A stretch of DNA of 64,000 nt from Okamejei kenojei (Eukaryota), in contig CM069138.1 of assembly GCA_035221665.1 (NCBI GenBank), positions 70,246,001 to 70,310,000 of the forward strand, written 5' to 3'. Both the position numbers and the translations under genes were made by a program. The notes beneath the pieces are model-generated. The model did no database searches and was not told the origin of the DNA. It saw only the letters and a program-made list of their open reading frames with translations. Below, piece by piece: positions 13,001 through 24,110 of the stretch; the stretch's first letter is position 1, and each line of letters starts with the position of its first letter.

Positions 13001-13883
13001 ATAACAATGGAAAAATAAAGGAATTCTAAACATAGGGGATCTCTATAAGGATAACTCATTTCTTTCATTTCAAGATTTACAACAAACCTACGGGCTTCAT
13101 AATAATGAATATTTCAGATATTTACAAATCAGAAATTATATTTCCGCAAATACACAAGAACTTAGAAATAGAAAGAGTGAAATTTTAGATGAATGCTTGA
13201 ATAAACACCCAAATACAGAAAAAATGATATCATACATTTATAACATTTTGTTGGAAAGTGATATCCCATCATCGGAAATACATAGACAGCGCTGGGAAAA
13301 TGAATTAAGTCAAATAATAAGTCCAGAAATATGGGAAGAAAGCCTACAACATATACATTATTGCTCTTTAAACGCTAAACATGCACTTATACAGTTTAAA
13401 ATCTTACATAGATTACATTATTCTAAATCTAAACTACATAATATATTTCCAAAACTATCACCTATATGTGATAAATGTCAAATCATGGAAGCAACTCTGT
13501 CACACTCATTTACTAATTGTACGAAGATTTTACAATATTGGAATGAAATATTCAAAACAATCTCGAAAGTTATTAATATTACTATGATTTATGACCCAAA
13601 GTTAATCATACTTGGAATACCGGAAATGGAACAAATAATTACAAGGAATCATAGAACTTTTATCGACTATTCTTTAATAATTGGGAAAAAATTAATATTA
13701 AAATTTTGGAAAGGCCCTGTATCCCCAACAATTAAAATGTGGAATACAGAAATGACGGAGACACTTTACTTGGAGAGATTGAGACTTGCCCTCATGGACA
13801 GGTTAGATCTCTTCAAGGAGATATGGTCTCCCTATATTAAATATCTACAGGGTCACAACGGTTCGGCGCAGGGACTTGACTGA
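10071..13883 (+). pseudogene. L1 ORF2 (APE endonuclease, reverse transcriptase, Cys-rich C-terminus), frameshifted in this sequence
   Basis: SWNVKG, IQETH, GGDFN, SRIDY, SDHAP (EN); KTPGPDG, SLDAEKAFD, GCRQGCPLSPLLF, YADD (RT); CDKC...H...C. Confidence 0.95.
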
Positions 13884-14579
13884 GGCCTGAATATCTGAGT
13901 GGATGAAGAAATACACATAACAAATCATGAATGTATCTCCAAGATTGGATTACTTAGTAATACTTTAATCTCCATCAAACTTTTCATACCTTCTTTTCTA
14001 TTTTCTATTCCTTTTTTCTATCTCTTTATCTTTAATTAAGGAAAAAATTATAGAAACATACTATATAAACTTTTAATATGTACACACTTATCTCTGTTTG
14101 TATGAAAAAGATTATAGATGTCTTAAACTTGTAATTATATAAAACTATGTACTTTCAATTATACAATAACTATGAAATATAAAATTAACAATAATACAAA
14201 CATTATTAATATTTTGATAACATTATGAATATTAAAAAAAATGTTGTTTAAGATTGGGTACTACGTAGTTAAATTAGCGGGGATTTCTATTTGGTAATTA
14301 GAAGAATATCTATGATTTGAGAAATCTAAGTGTATTACTTATATTAGGAATATACTACATATACTCCCAATTATATAAAATAAATAATAACGGAATGTAT
14401 AATGGATAATACTACAATTATCATAAATAGTACTAATTAATAATCAATACGTTATAATTTTACACATTGTATAAATTTCAATGTCGTATAAGAGTGTACT
14501 TGGTATATACTGTTTCTACAATAAAAAAATATTTAAAAAAAAAAAAAACAATATATCCTCGTAAACTAGATGGTACCTT

Positions 14580-14850
14580 AGATTACTTTAGTTTAGTTTA
14601 GTTGAGAGATACAGCGCGGAAACAGGCCCTTCGGCCCACCGAGTCCGCACCGACCAGCGATCCCCGCATATTATCTCTATGCTACATGCACTAGGAACAA
14701 TTTACAATTATACCAAGCCAATTAACCTACAAACCTACGCATCGGAGAAAACACCACATGGTCACGGGGAGCACTTACAAACGAACCCGGGTCTCTGGCG
14801 CTGTAAATGCTGTAAGGCAGCAAATCTACCCCTGCGCCACCATGCCGCCC
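14580..14850 (-). mobile_element. HE1-like tRNA-derived SINE
   Basis: (tttag)n tail, gagatacagcgcggaaacaggcccttcggccc tail shared with CR1 3' ends, tRNA-like head near 14780-14850. Confidence 0.8.
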
Positions 14851-15849
14851 ATTTGTTGAGAGGATAGTTTGGTTATAAAAAATTGGGATAATCAATACCA
14901 AAATCCTTTCCCTATCATATATAAAAGAGAGTTATTACGCTATTCTTTGCTAACTTTACTGACCAGGAAACGAATTGTTCAAGATGAATTATAACTGTAG
15001 TTATCAAATAAATGATAGATATAACTTGATATGATACTTTGATTGAAAATTTCTAAAGTCACACTGGATAATCAATATAAATAAATAATTAAAACTAACA
15101 ATTCCACGTCATTGAAAGGACCAAATCAACATCTGACTCAATAACGATTGGTGAGAATCAAACAATTAATTTTTGGGAGTTCGCTAGTGGGTCAATATTA
15201 AAGTAAGCTCCAGAAATAAAATGATTAAAAGTAAGATGTTAGGAGCAATAATGTAAATTTGGCTAAACTCTTTTGGCCATGTTGTAATAGTTTTATGGAA
15301 AATCATTAATGCAAAGGACAAAAACAATTTCAAGAGACAAACAGATGCATTTTCTGAAAAGATTTGTGTGAGGAACATCGTGTGCCTGCTAGATGATGTT
15401 GATCTATAAAGTAGAGGATTAGTTTGTTCAATCTATTGACATTTACTTATTCCTAAAGATTTTTCTGTTCTTCTGTTCAAACAAATGTTAGTTTCGATTC
15501 TTGTAATGAGGCAAGAAATCACTGCCCCATGATGCTAATTTAACTTGTTTGTTGCAATAATTATTTTCTCCTTGGATTAAAGAGGGGAAACTCAGTTTTG
15601 TTTATTGTTCCTAATTGCGTTTAAACAATCCAATTGCACAGATGTGGGCAGTGAAGTAAGACACAGTCAAGTTCAGCTGTTATAAACCTTTGCATCTAGC
15701 TTTGGGTAATCTTCAGACCACAGCAGTAAAATTAGGCGAGAGCTCAACTGGTAAAAAATGTGATGACTTAACAATACTCTGCAAAAATACTTATTTCTGG
15801 TTTAAATGCAAAGGATTGGGGACAATTCAATTAACACAGAGAGATAGAT

Positions 15850-16172
15850 AAAGATATACAGCCGGAAACTGGCCCTTAGGCCCACCGAGTCCTAGCTACA
15901 AACAAACAATCCCTTTATATGCTAATCCTACATTAATCATATATTTTTTTAAATCCACTCATTTTCTTCACCTCCTGCAAGATATTGCCACTTGGAACAA
16001 GATACAGTGTCCGATTAGCCTGCCACATCACACGTCTCCAGAGCAACCGGAGGAAACCCATGTGGTCACAGGGAGAACATGCAAACTCCACACAAACTAC
16101 ACCCGAGGTCAGCATCATTCCTGAGTCTCTTGCGCTGTGAGGCAGCAGCTCTATCAGCTGCGCTACTGCCTC
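15850..16172 (-). mobile_element. HE1-like SINE, older copy
   Basis: ggaaacccatgtggtcacagggagaacatgcaaactccaca core and gcgctgtgaggcagcagctcta head. Confidence 0.7.
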
Positions 16173-16677
16173 TAAATGCCTTAAGATTTAGCAGCATTTT
16201 TATAATATTCAAATAAAACCCATGTTTACCATAACTCAGGAAATTAGGCTGGTGAAAGGGAGGAAGATCTAAAATATTTAGAAGGAAGGAGCATTTCTGG
16301 CACTGCATGAAAATTAATATAAATGCTATAAACCTTGCTTTGTGATATTTACTCTACCTAATAGAGGTAGAGGCAGAACAAGTAGATAGGGTGGTAAAGA
16401 AGCATATGGTATGCTTGCTTTAATTGCACTGAGTTTAAGAGTCCGAAGGTCATAATGCAGCTCTATAAGACTTTGGTCGGGCCCCATTTGGAGTATTGCA
16501 TGTGGTTCTGTTTGGCCCATTACAGGAAAGATGTGGAGGCTTTGGAGAGGGTGCAGAGGAGGTTTACCAGAATGTTGCCTGAATTAGACAGTTTCAGCTA
16601 CAAGGAGAGGTTGGATAAACTTGGATTATTTTCTTTGGGACTTCAGAGGTTGAGGGGAGACATGATAGAAGTATATA

Positions 16678-18138
16678 AAAATAGTAAGATTAAACAAGAA
16701 CTTACCAGTTTGAAGTTTGATCCTTATTTTATGAGGAGTTACGATGAGGGATTACGTGAAGAACCCCGTACAGCTGTTGGTGCGACAATCTCCAAAGCAG
16801 CGGAGTGAAATCACAGGCAATAATGACTGGTATAATAGTAAGATAACAAGGACTAGAACTACCAGATGACATTTATGAGGGTTGGAAGCGGAGGGCACGT
16901 AATCCCTCATCGTAACTCCTTATAAGATAAAGATCAAACTTCAAACTGGGAATCCTCTTTCCTTGTTTGCCACCCGGCTTGATGAGGCCCATAGTTTTAG
17001 TGTCCTCATGAAGCTCTTTAACTCGTTTGGCGAGATCTCCTCCAAATAAAAGATTTGGCGGTTGTACGCTGGGCGGTTTACGCAAAGATGCCAGATTGGG
17101 ATTAATAACTGGCCGAATAGCACTTCGTCTAATATTATTGATTTCAAAATAAGCACTACACCGAAGTCCCAGTGCATCTTGATGGGCTTCTGACATATGC
17201 CCCTTGTCTACTGTAATGGCAAATACCGCAAGCCCTGCTGAAAGTAATTTCAATACCTTTTGGAATTTTAATTCTTGGGCTTTTGCTGACACCCCCAACT
17301 GTGTCCATATGAGATGGTTTACCACAGGTACCTTTAGTAAACTGCAATTGATAGGGGCTTCATACTTTTTAGCAGCCTCATCCATGGCCGATTCCTGCAG
17401 CTGGTGAGTGAGCACATATTACATGGCTGATGCCAATTCATCCCCTAACGGCACTCCTGCCTCTCGTGGCACTGCAAATTTCTCTGCTATATTTGGGATA
17501 ATTTCAAGTTCCACTCCCTTGTGGCTCTCCCCAGCCACTGACTCGGCATCAGTAAACTCCTCCTCAAAGGTTGGGTATTCTTGCAGCCCTATTATAGGCG
17601 CTGCGAGCACAGGCTCTCCACTAGCCTGGCGTGGGCACCACTCCTCCTCACGGAGTTCGTCCCTGTCGAGCATCTACTGCAATAAGACCTCGACCTTGGA
17701 GAGTCATGAGCAAACGGTCTCACCTTTTGAGGATAAAACCTCCAGGCCCGACTCTGGGTCCACGGGCCTATTTGATTTTACAGTAGCCTTACGCCCTACC
17801 GGCATGGCGACGCTGCTCACATTGCTGGCGTCGGACTTGGTGTGCTAAGCGGGCCTCCGCTAACAATACCATCCTGGTCATCGACCCTTTTTGCTGCAAA
17901 TCGCGTCGCCGACACCTTCTTCACTTTCTGTAACATTTCTAACGGCGTATCCACTACCGCTGCAACAGAAAATGAACGCAAGAAAAGATTGAAAGCTTAC
18001 CTTGTATTTTAAACTTACCGCTTGGAGGAGCTCTGCTGCTCCAACCGGCCGACTACACCAATGCGTCTGACGTAATGACACACCAACGGCTGTACGGGGT
18101 TCTTCGCGTAGTCATTCACGTGATTCCAAAGTAAAATA
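16678..18138 (-). mobile_element. DIRS-type retrotransposon, internally deleted (gag only)
   Basis: Inverted termini (tacgtgaagaaccccgtacagctgttggtg about 16753-16782 vs about 18081-18110); internal complementary region about 16896-16949 complementary to about 16705-16758; AAAATA at both junctions; ends homologous to the YR-containing copy at 54369-56644. Confidence 0.85.
16950..17850 (-). pseudogene. DIRS gag-like ORF with in-frame stops
   Basis: ORFs 17419..17673 and 16873..17415 are in one frame separated by a single TAA; P.NC..L.VP.VN..IW, RR..IRP, LFG.DL motifs recalled from DIRS ORF1 proteins. Confidence 0.65.
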
Positions 18139-19049
18139 TTGGAAGCATAGATAGGGTAGACAGTCAAAATGTTTTACCCAGGGTGGAAATGTCCGATACC
18201 AGAGGGCATAGCTATAAGATGAGAGGTGGTAAGTTTAATGGAGATGTACGGAGCAGGTTTTTTACACAGAGAGTGGTTGAAGCCTGAAACACATTGCCAG
18301 AGGAGGTGGATCTAAAAGTAGCATTTCTGAGGCTTTTAGATAGGCACACTGAAATGCAAGGAATAGAGGGATATGGATCAGGTACAAGTAGATGAGATTA
18401 TTTTAACGGCATCATGTTTGCCTCAAACATTGTGGGATGACGGAAGGAAGGAAACGCAGCCTCGGACTGTACTGTCCATGTTCTATATTCAGATGGTTCA
18501 TCGTTTTCTGCCTCATCTCCTCCTCTTGCTGTAGGAAGCTCCACCTCTGCCCTCCATTAACTGCCAGGGCAACTGTTAGATACCAGAGACCCTCCGCTCA
18601 TTTTTGGTCATAGCCATACATTGGTATCCTCACCTTTTTGGTATCACGGTTGAATAGAGAGCTAAAGGGAAGGGAAGAGGCTGTCCTGGTACAGCTTCTC
18701 TTCATCTTCAACCTCCTTTGCCTCCTTTCTTCTGGTCTTTCGGTTCCCGTATATTCAGTATAGGGAAAGATGTTTGGGCCTTCTTTTCAGAACCACAAGC
18801 TGTTATGCTGCTGGAAAAAAAACATAGTGGTCTGTGTCTTAATTCTGAATAACTGCCTATTTTTTATCAAAACACTACATTGCAGAAGAGTTACAAATGT
18901 AAACCATCCTTTCTGTTTGGAAGAGTTTCCTAACTATTCCCCAAAGAACATAATAATATCCTCGATCCTCCTACTGCTTAAAATATTTTTTTTCTATCTG
19001 CTCTATTAATTACCCTTGATGTCTGATTTGGGCTGTTCCCTTAAGATCG

Positions 19050-19185
19050 TAATTTTAGATTTTACTTTAGACTTTAGAGATACAGCACAGAAACAGCGCC
19101 TTTGGCCCACCGAGTCTGCACCGACCAGCTATCACCCCATACCCTCGCACTATCCTACATACGAGGGTCAATTTACAATTTTATT
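19050..19185 (-). mobile_element. HE1-like SINE 3' part
   Basis: tttagagatacagcacagaaacagcgcctttggcccaccgagtctgcaccgacc. Confidence 0.75.
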
Positions 19186-19199
19186 CCCTCGAGAAAAAG

Positions 19200-19872
19200 A
19201 CTACAACAGGCAGTGAAGAAAGCGAATGGCATGTTGACCTTCATAACAAGAGGAGTTGAGTATAGGAGCAAAGAGGTCCTTCTGCAGTTGTACAGGGCCC
19301 TAGTGAGACCACACCTGGAGTATTGTGTGCAGTTTTGGTCTCCTAATTTGACGAAGGACATTATTGCTATTGAGGAAGTGCAGCGTAGGTTTACAAGATT
19401 AATTCCCAGGATGGCGGGACTGCCATATACTGAGAGAATGGATCAGCTGGGCTTGTATAGTGTGGAATTTAGAAGAAGGCGAGGGGATCTTGTTGAACCA
19501 TATAAGATTATTAAGGGTTTGGACAAGCTAGAGGCAGGAAACCTGTTCCTGATGTTGGTGGAGTACAGAACCAGGGGCCACAGTTTAAAATTAAGGGGTA
19601 AGCCATTTAGAACGGAGATGAGGAAACACTTTTTCACATAGTAAGTTGTGAGTCTGTGGAATTCTCTGCCTCGTGTAGAGGGCGGTGGAGGCCGGTTCTC
19701 TGGATAGTTTCAAGAGAGAGCTAGATAGGGCTCTTAAAGGTAGCGGAGTCAGGGGATATGGGGAGAAGGCAGGAATGGGATTCTGATTGGGTATGATCAG
19801 CCATGATCGCATTGAGTGCTGACTCGAAGGGCCGAATGGCCTACTCCGCACCTATTGCCTATTGTTTATTGA
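19200..19872 (+). mobile_element. CR1/HER1 LINE, 5'-truncated
   Basis: QQAVKKANGML...[19 protein letters not shown]...RTRGHSLKLRG; 3' tail gaagggccgaatggcctactcc. Confidence 0.9.
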
Positions 19873-20088
19873 CTCACAGCAATATATTCCCCTCATGATT
19901 TTGTACAGCTCTATGAGGTCACCCCCACAACATCCTGCACTCCAAGGAATAAAGTACTAGCCTGCCCAACCTGTCCCCATTGCTCCAGCTCTTGAGTCCT
20001 GGCAACATCCTTGTAAATCTTTTCCGCACTCTTTCCAGCATAATGGCATCTTTCTTATAACGGGGTGACTAAAACTGAACATGACTGA

Positions 20089-20739
20089 TGTAAATAAGCA
20101 ATTTACAAACTCTTAAGGTGTGCAACATCTTTTAATGATAGCACAGGGTATTACATACATCTTCAAGCACTGGCTACATTCTTCTACTGAGCTGTACCCA
20201 GGAAGGGGAAGGCGTTATGATTACTGTTAACTAGGCGGGGTTAATGGGACTGAGGTAACTATATTATTGGTTGCATATAAACCATCTACATCCTTCCCCT
20301 TAGAAAATCAAAAACAGATTGTTGTCACGACAACAGAATTAAACAGCAGAATTAAACAAACTCGCCATAACGAACAGGTGGCTTGCTGACCCGGCCCAAG
20401 CGCGTACGGATGTCTCCCCCTTCCCCCGAAAGAGCAGAAGAAACAGGAGGACGCGAGGCAGCTGGGGAACCAGAGAAGGGTGGCGGAGTTCTGGTCTCCA
20501 AGTGGAGGCGTGGGTTCGGATCCCACTTCTGACACCATGTAAATAAGCAATTTACAAACTCTTAGGTTGTGCAACATCTTTTAATGATAGCACAGGGTAT
20601 TACATACATCTTCAAGCACTGGCTACATTCTTCTACTGAGCTGTACCCAGGAAGGGGAAGGCGTTATGATTAATGTTAACTAGGCGGGGTTAATGGGACT
20701 GAGGTAACTATATTATTGGTTGCATATAAACCATCTACA
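20089..20739 (-). mobile_element. Miniature non-coding LTR retrotransposon (TRIM)
   Basis: Two 202-bp TG...CA LTRs (20089-20290, 20538-20739; 3 mismatches), 247-bp interior, PPT (AAGGGGAAGGA, minus strand of 20291-20301), PBS TGGTGTCAGAAGTGGGAT next to the 5' LTR, flanks ACTGA/GCTGA. Confidence 0.93.
20487..20537 (+). other. Copy of the 3' half of mature tRNA-Leu(CAA) including CCA (extended PBS; not a tRNA gene)
   Basis: AGTTCTGGTCTCCAAGTGGAGGCGTGGGTTCGGATCCCACTTCTGACACCA matches the vertebrate Leu-CAA 3' half as I recall it (anticodon stem 3' side, variable arm, T arm, acceptor stem, CCA). Confidence 0.88.
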
Positions 20740-20925
20740 GCTGAAGTTGCAGCATCACCAATATCTTGCATAATTGTAACATAACATCCCAATTTTAATG
20801 TTTAATTCCCTGACTGGTGAAGGCCATTGCGGTAAAAACATTCTTCATCAACTTATCCATCTGTAATCCCATTTGCTGGGAACTATTTACTTGTACTCCC
20901 AAATCTCTTTGCTCTCCGGCACTCC

Positions 20926-21650
20926 CCAGAACCTGAGGGCGTACACACCATTGAGGATAAATGGGAATACTGTGGATAGGGTGAGCTGTTTTAAATACCT
21001 GGGAGTCCACATCTCTGAGGATATGACATGGACATCACAGGCTGCAGCACTCGTGAGTAAGGCAAGGCAGCGCCTTTACCACCTCATGCAATTGAGAAAA
21101 CTCAGAGTCTCTCTGAGGATCCTCCAGTGCTTCTACTCAGCGGCTGTGGAAAGCATCTTGTCCGGAAAGAAGGCTCTGCAGAGAGTACTGCGTTCGGCCG
21201 AACGCACTATGGGAACTTCACTCGCCCCTCTGCAGGAACTATACATCAGAAAGTGCAACTCCAGAGCCAACAAGATCATGGGAGGCGCCTTCCACCCCTG
21301 CAATGGACTGTTCCAGCTGCTACGGTCAGGCAAACGCCTCTGTTGCCATGCTGTGAGAACGGAGAGGATGAGAAGGAGTTTCTTCCCAGAGGCCATTAGG
21401 ACTGTAAACTCCTATCTCACCAGGGACTAACTTTACTGTACCTTTCTACTGTTTTTTTTTAAATTGCTGTTTTTTTCCTTTTTCTTTCCTCCCACAAATT
21501 ATGTAGTATGTGAATATGTGATTCTGTTCCATTCTGTTTGTAGTTTGTTTGTTTGTTTGTTTTTTTGCACAAAGTCCGCGAGCATTGCCACTTTTCATTT
21601 CACTGCACATCTCGTATGTGTATGTGACGAATAAACTTGACTTGACTTGA
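20926..21650 (+). mobile_element. Rex1-like LINE, 5'-truncated
   Basis: FKYLGVHISEDMTW...KARQRLYHL..LRK...HPCNGLFQLLRSGKR; tail aataaa(cttga)n. Confidence 0.85.
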
Positions 21651-21704
21651 TCATTCAATGTGCAGGTCCTGCCCTGGTTTGACTTCCCACAATGCAACAC
21701 CCCT

Positions 21705-21865
21705 AGTTTAGTTTAGTTTAATTTATTATTATTGTCGCATGTAAAAGCTTTTGTGTGCTATCCTGTCAAAGAAAAGACTATACATGATTGCAATCCAGCC
21801 ATCCACAGTGTACAGATAAGGGATAAAGAGTAAAACATTTAGTGCAAGATAAAGTCCAATAAAGT
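21705..21865 (-). mobile_element. Rex1-like 3' UTR fragment
   Basis: (tagtt)n tail then ttattgtc...aaaagcttttg...cacagtgtacagata; same family as 22255-22393 and 48974-49420. Confidence 0.6.
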
Positions 21866-21964
21866 CCTCACACTTATCTGAATTAAACTCCATTAGCCAT
21901 TCCACGTTATTCCATGTGATTGTCTTCAGGAAGCGAAATGGCACACATACCCTGGTATGCATTG

Positions 21965-22393
21965 ATGGCACTGAAGATGGTTGATAGCTTCAATTTTTTT
22001 AGGAATTAATATTACTTGCAATTTGTCCTGGACCAGCCACATCAAATCAATGGCCATTGCACACCAATGCCTTTACTTCCTTTGGCTTTGGAGGTTTGGC
22101 ATGCCCGAACAACCCTTACCAACTTGTGCAGATGGGTCGTAAAAAGCATTTTATCGGGATGCATCACAGCATGTTTGGGAGCAGTTCCATTCAAGACCAC
22201 ACAAAATTGCAGAGTTGTGGACACAGCCCAGCCCATCACGCAAACCAACCTCTTCAGCCTTATCCTGTATCTGTACACTGTGGACAGCTTGACTGTATCA
22301 TCTTTTCGCTGACTGAATAACATGCAACAAAAAAGCTTTTCACTGTACCTTGGTAGACATGACAATAATAAACTAAACTAAACTAAACTAAAC
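21965..22393 (+). mobile_element. Rex1-like fragment with internal deletions
   Basis: TLTNLCR..V.SILSGCITA coding remnant; tail aataa(actaa)n. Confidence 0.7.
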
Positions 22394-23297
22394 TTGGCAA
22401 AACTCTGCTATAATTCTTGATAACCATCTTCGCTATCTACAATACCACCTATTTTACCATTTTCATCACAATCTCACGGGTTTATAGTCCCTGAAGTTCT
22501 CCTCATGTACGTTGCTAATTGTAATGTATGAAAAGTGGCAGCTAATTTGGGCTGTGACAGGTTCAAAGACAGGTTCTCCTCAGATTTATAAAATAAGAAA
22601 CGATTTACATTATCATGTGATGTGTTATTCTACAGCTTCAGATTGGCACTTCAAATCTGGATAATACAGATGACTCAACACCAGTTTTGTTGTCAGACCT
22701 GCATCATTCAACAGTCAAGAGTCAAGAGTGTTTTATTGTCATACGCTACAGATAGAACAATGAAATCCTTACTTGCTGCAGCACAACAGAATATGTAAAC
22801 ATAATATGATATGACAAACAAGAGCGAGAAAAGAAAAGCTCAATGTGTGTATATGCGCATACTCCCAACATACCCCTATATATATACACATTCTCTAGCC
22901 ATTTAATGCTTGTTTTCTTGCCGTCAATATTTTCTTCATCCTTCAATTGTCTGCGTTTTGTTAATTCCAGTAAAATACTGAAGCCGTAGTCAGCTAATTA
23001 TTAAGGTAAAAAAGTTTAGAGTTATAAATTGGTGGATGTATTCCTGAAGTGGTGTGAGACTGCCCTCTCAAGGTGATCTCAAACTACAGGATTACTCTGT
23101 CCATCTTCTTTTCCCAGTTAGATTATGTCATCTCTCTGCTCAGCCACAACTGTATCACAACTGTAACAAGTAGTTTTCATTTTATCTACATCGTCAATGG
23201 AAATCTACTTGCCATTGATTGTTATTCTCCAATTGTCACGGTAATGCTACCTATCCCAGGGTAGCAATGTAACTTATTTATTGATATTTCATATTAT

Positions 23298-23547
23298 CTA
23301 GAATTAACCAGTAGAACATTTATTCACAAGTCGAATGTGCAGACATTCACTGGAAACTGGATCGGATTTCACAAGCTTAGATTGAAATTGCTTTTTACTA
23401 AAGTTTAAAAAATATAAATGTTCTACTGGTTAATTCTAGTAGAACATTTATATTTTTTAAACTTTAGTAAAAAGCAATTTCAATCTAAGCTTGTGAAATC
23501 CAATCCAGTTTCCAGTGAATGTCTGCACATTCGACTTGTAAATAAAT
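23298..23547. repeat. Complex inverted duplication: 110-bp arms (23318-23427, 23438-23547) plus an overlapping 26-bp inverted pair (23298-23323, 23414-23439)
   Basis: Direct reading; 2 mismatches in the long arms, 26-bp pair exact. Confidence 0.95.
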
Positions 23548-23789
23548 AAGTGTAATCAGTGTGCATTGGTATCTGTTATTACGTCGGTTATAGGGTTATA
23601 TATAGCAACTAAAATGAAGATAAAAATGTGATTAACTGAACACTATGCATTATAAGAAAATACAGTTCAGTTATATATTTTACCCATTCTTTCAAAATCT
23701 CACTTTGTTATCCCTGTTAATATAAACTATCTATCTGTATTATTTCTTGTAGATCAGTTAAATGAATCTCCAGGGAGAAGTGGTACTTA

Positions 23790-24110
23790 GAACAGAGAAC
23801 AATACAACGCACGAACAGGCTCTTCAGCCCGCAATGACATGCAAAATGATGTCAGGTTAAACTAATCTTGTTTTCTGCATTCCTGCATATCCATATACCC
23901 AAATAAAAGCTTCTTAAATCTGCCTCTGTCACCACTACTACAGGCAACATTTCTAGGCACCCACTACTCTCTATGTAAAAAAAAAAACATCTCCATGCAT
24001 CTTTAAGATTTTCCCCTCTAACTTCAAAACTATACCCTTCAGTCTGATAATTCCACCCTGGGAAAATGGTTCTAACTGTCTACCCTATCATTGCCTCTAA
24101 TAATTTTATT
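23790..24110 (-). mobile_element. Old CR1 3' fragment
   Basis: ttccaccctgggaaaatggttctaactgtctaccctatcattgcctc is the reverse complement of the CR1 3' region seen at 18145-18190. Confidence 0.6.

Larger units (their letters stand above)
7935..14547 (+). mobile_element. Full-length L1-clade non-LTR retrotransposon (about 6.6 kb)
   Basis: 16-bp TSD ACAATATATCCTCGTA at 7919-7934 and 14548-14563; CpG-rich 5' end, ORF1, ORF2, AATAAA at 14520-14525 and poly(A). Confidence 0.97.
16380..18490 (+). mobile_element. CR1/HER1 3' fragment interrupted by a DIRS element (CR1 parts about 16380-16677 and 18139-18490)
   Basis: LYKTLVGPHLEYC...ERVQRRFTRM...RLRGDMIEVYK, resuming as gcatagatagggtagacag after 18138. 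Confidence 0.85.
19875..21900 (-). mobile_element. Old CR1 fragment hosting nested insertions (TRIM and Rex1-like pieces)
   Basis: CR1-like sequence at 19875-20088, 20740-20925, 21652-21704 and 21866-21900 reads collinearly across the insertions. Confidence 0.65.

Noticed and set aside
17408-17848. 146-aa plus-strand Ser-rich ORF
   Set aside because: Antisense shadow of the DIRS gag-like frame; no independent motif
20487-20537. tRNA-Leu gene
   Set aside because: The 5' half (D arm, A box) is absent, CCA is encoded, and it abuts an LTR, so it is a primer-derived copy
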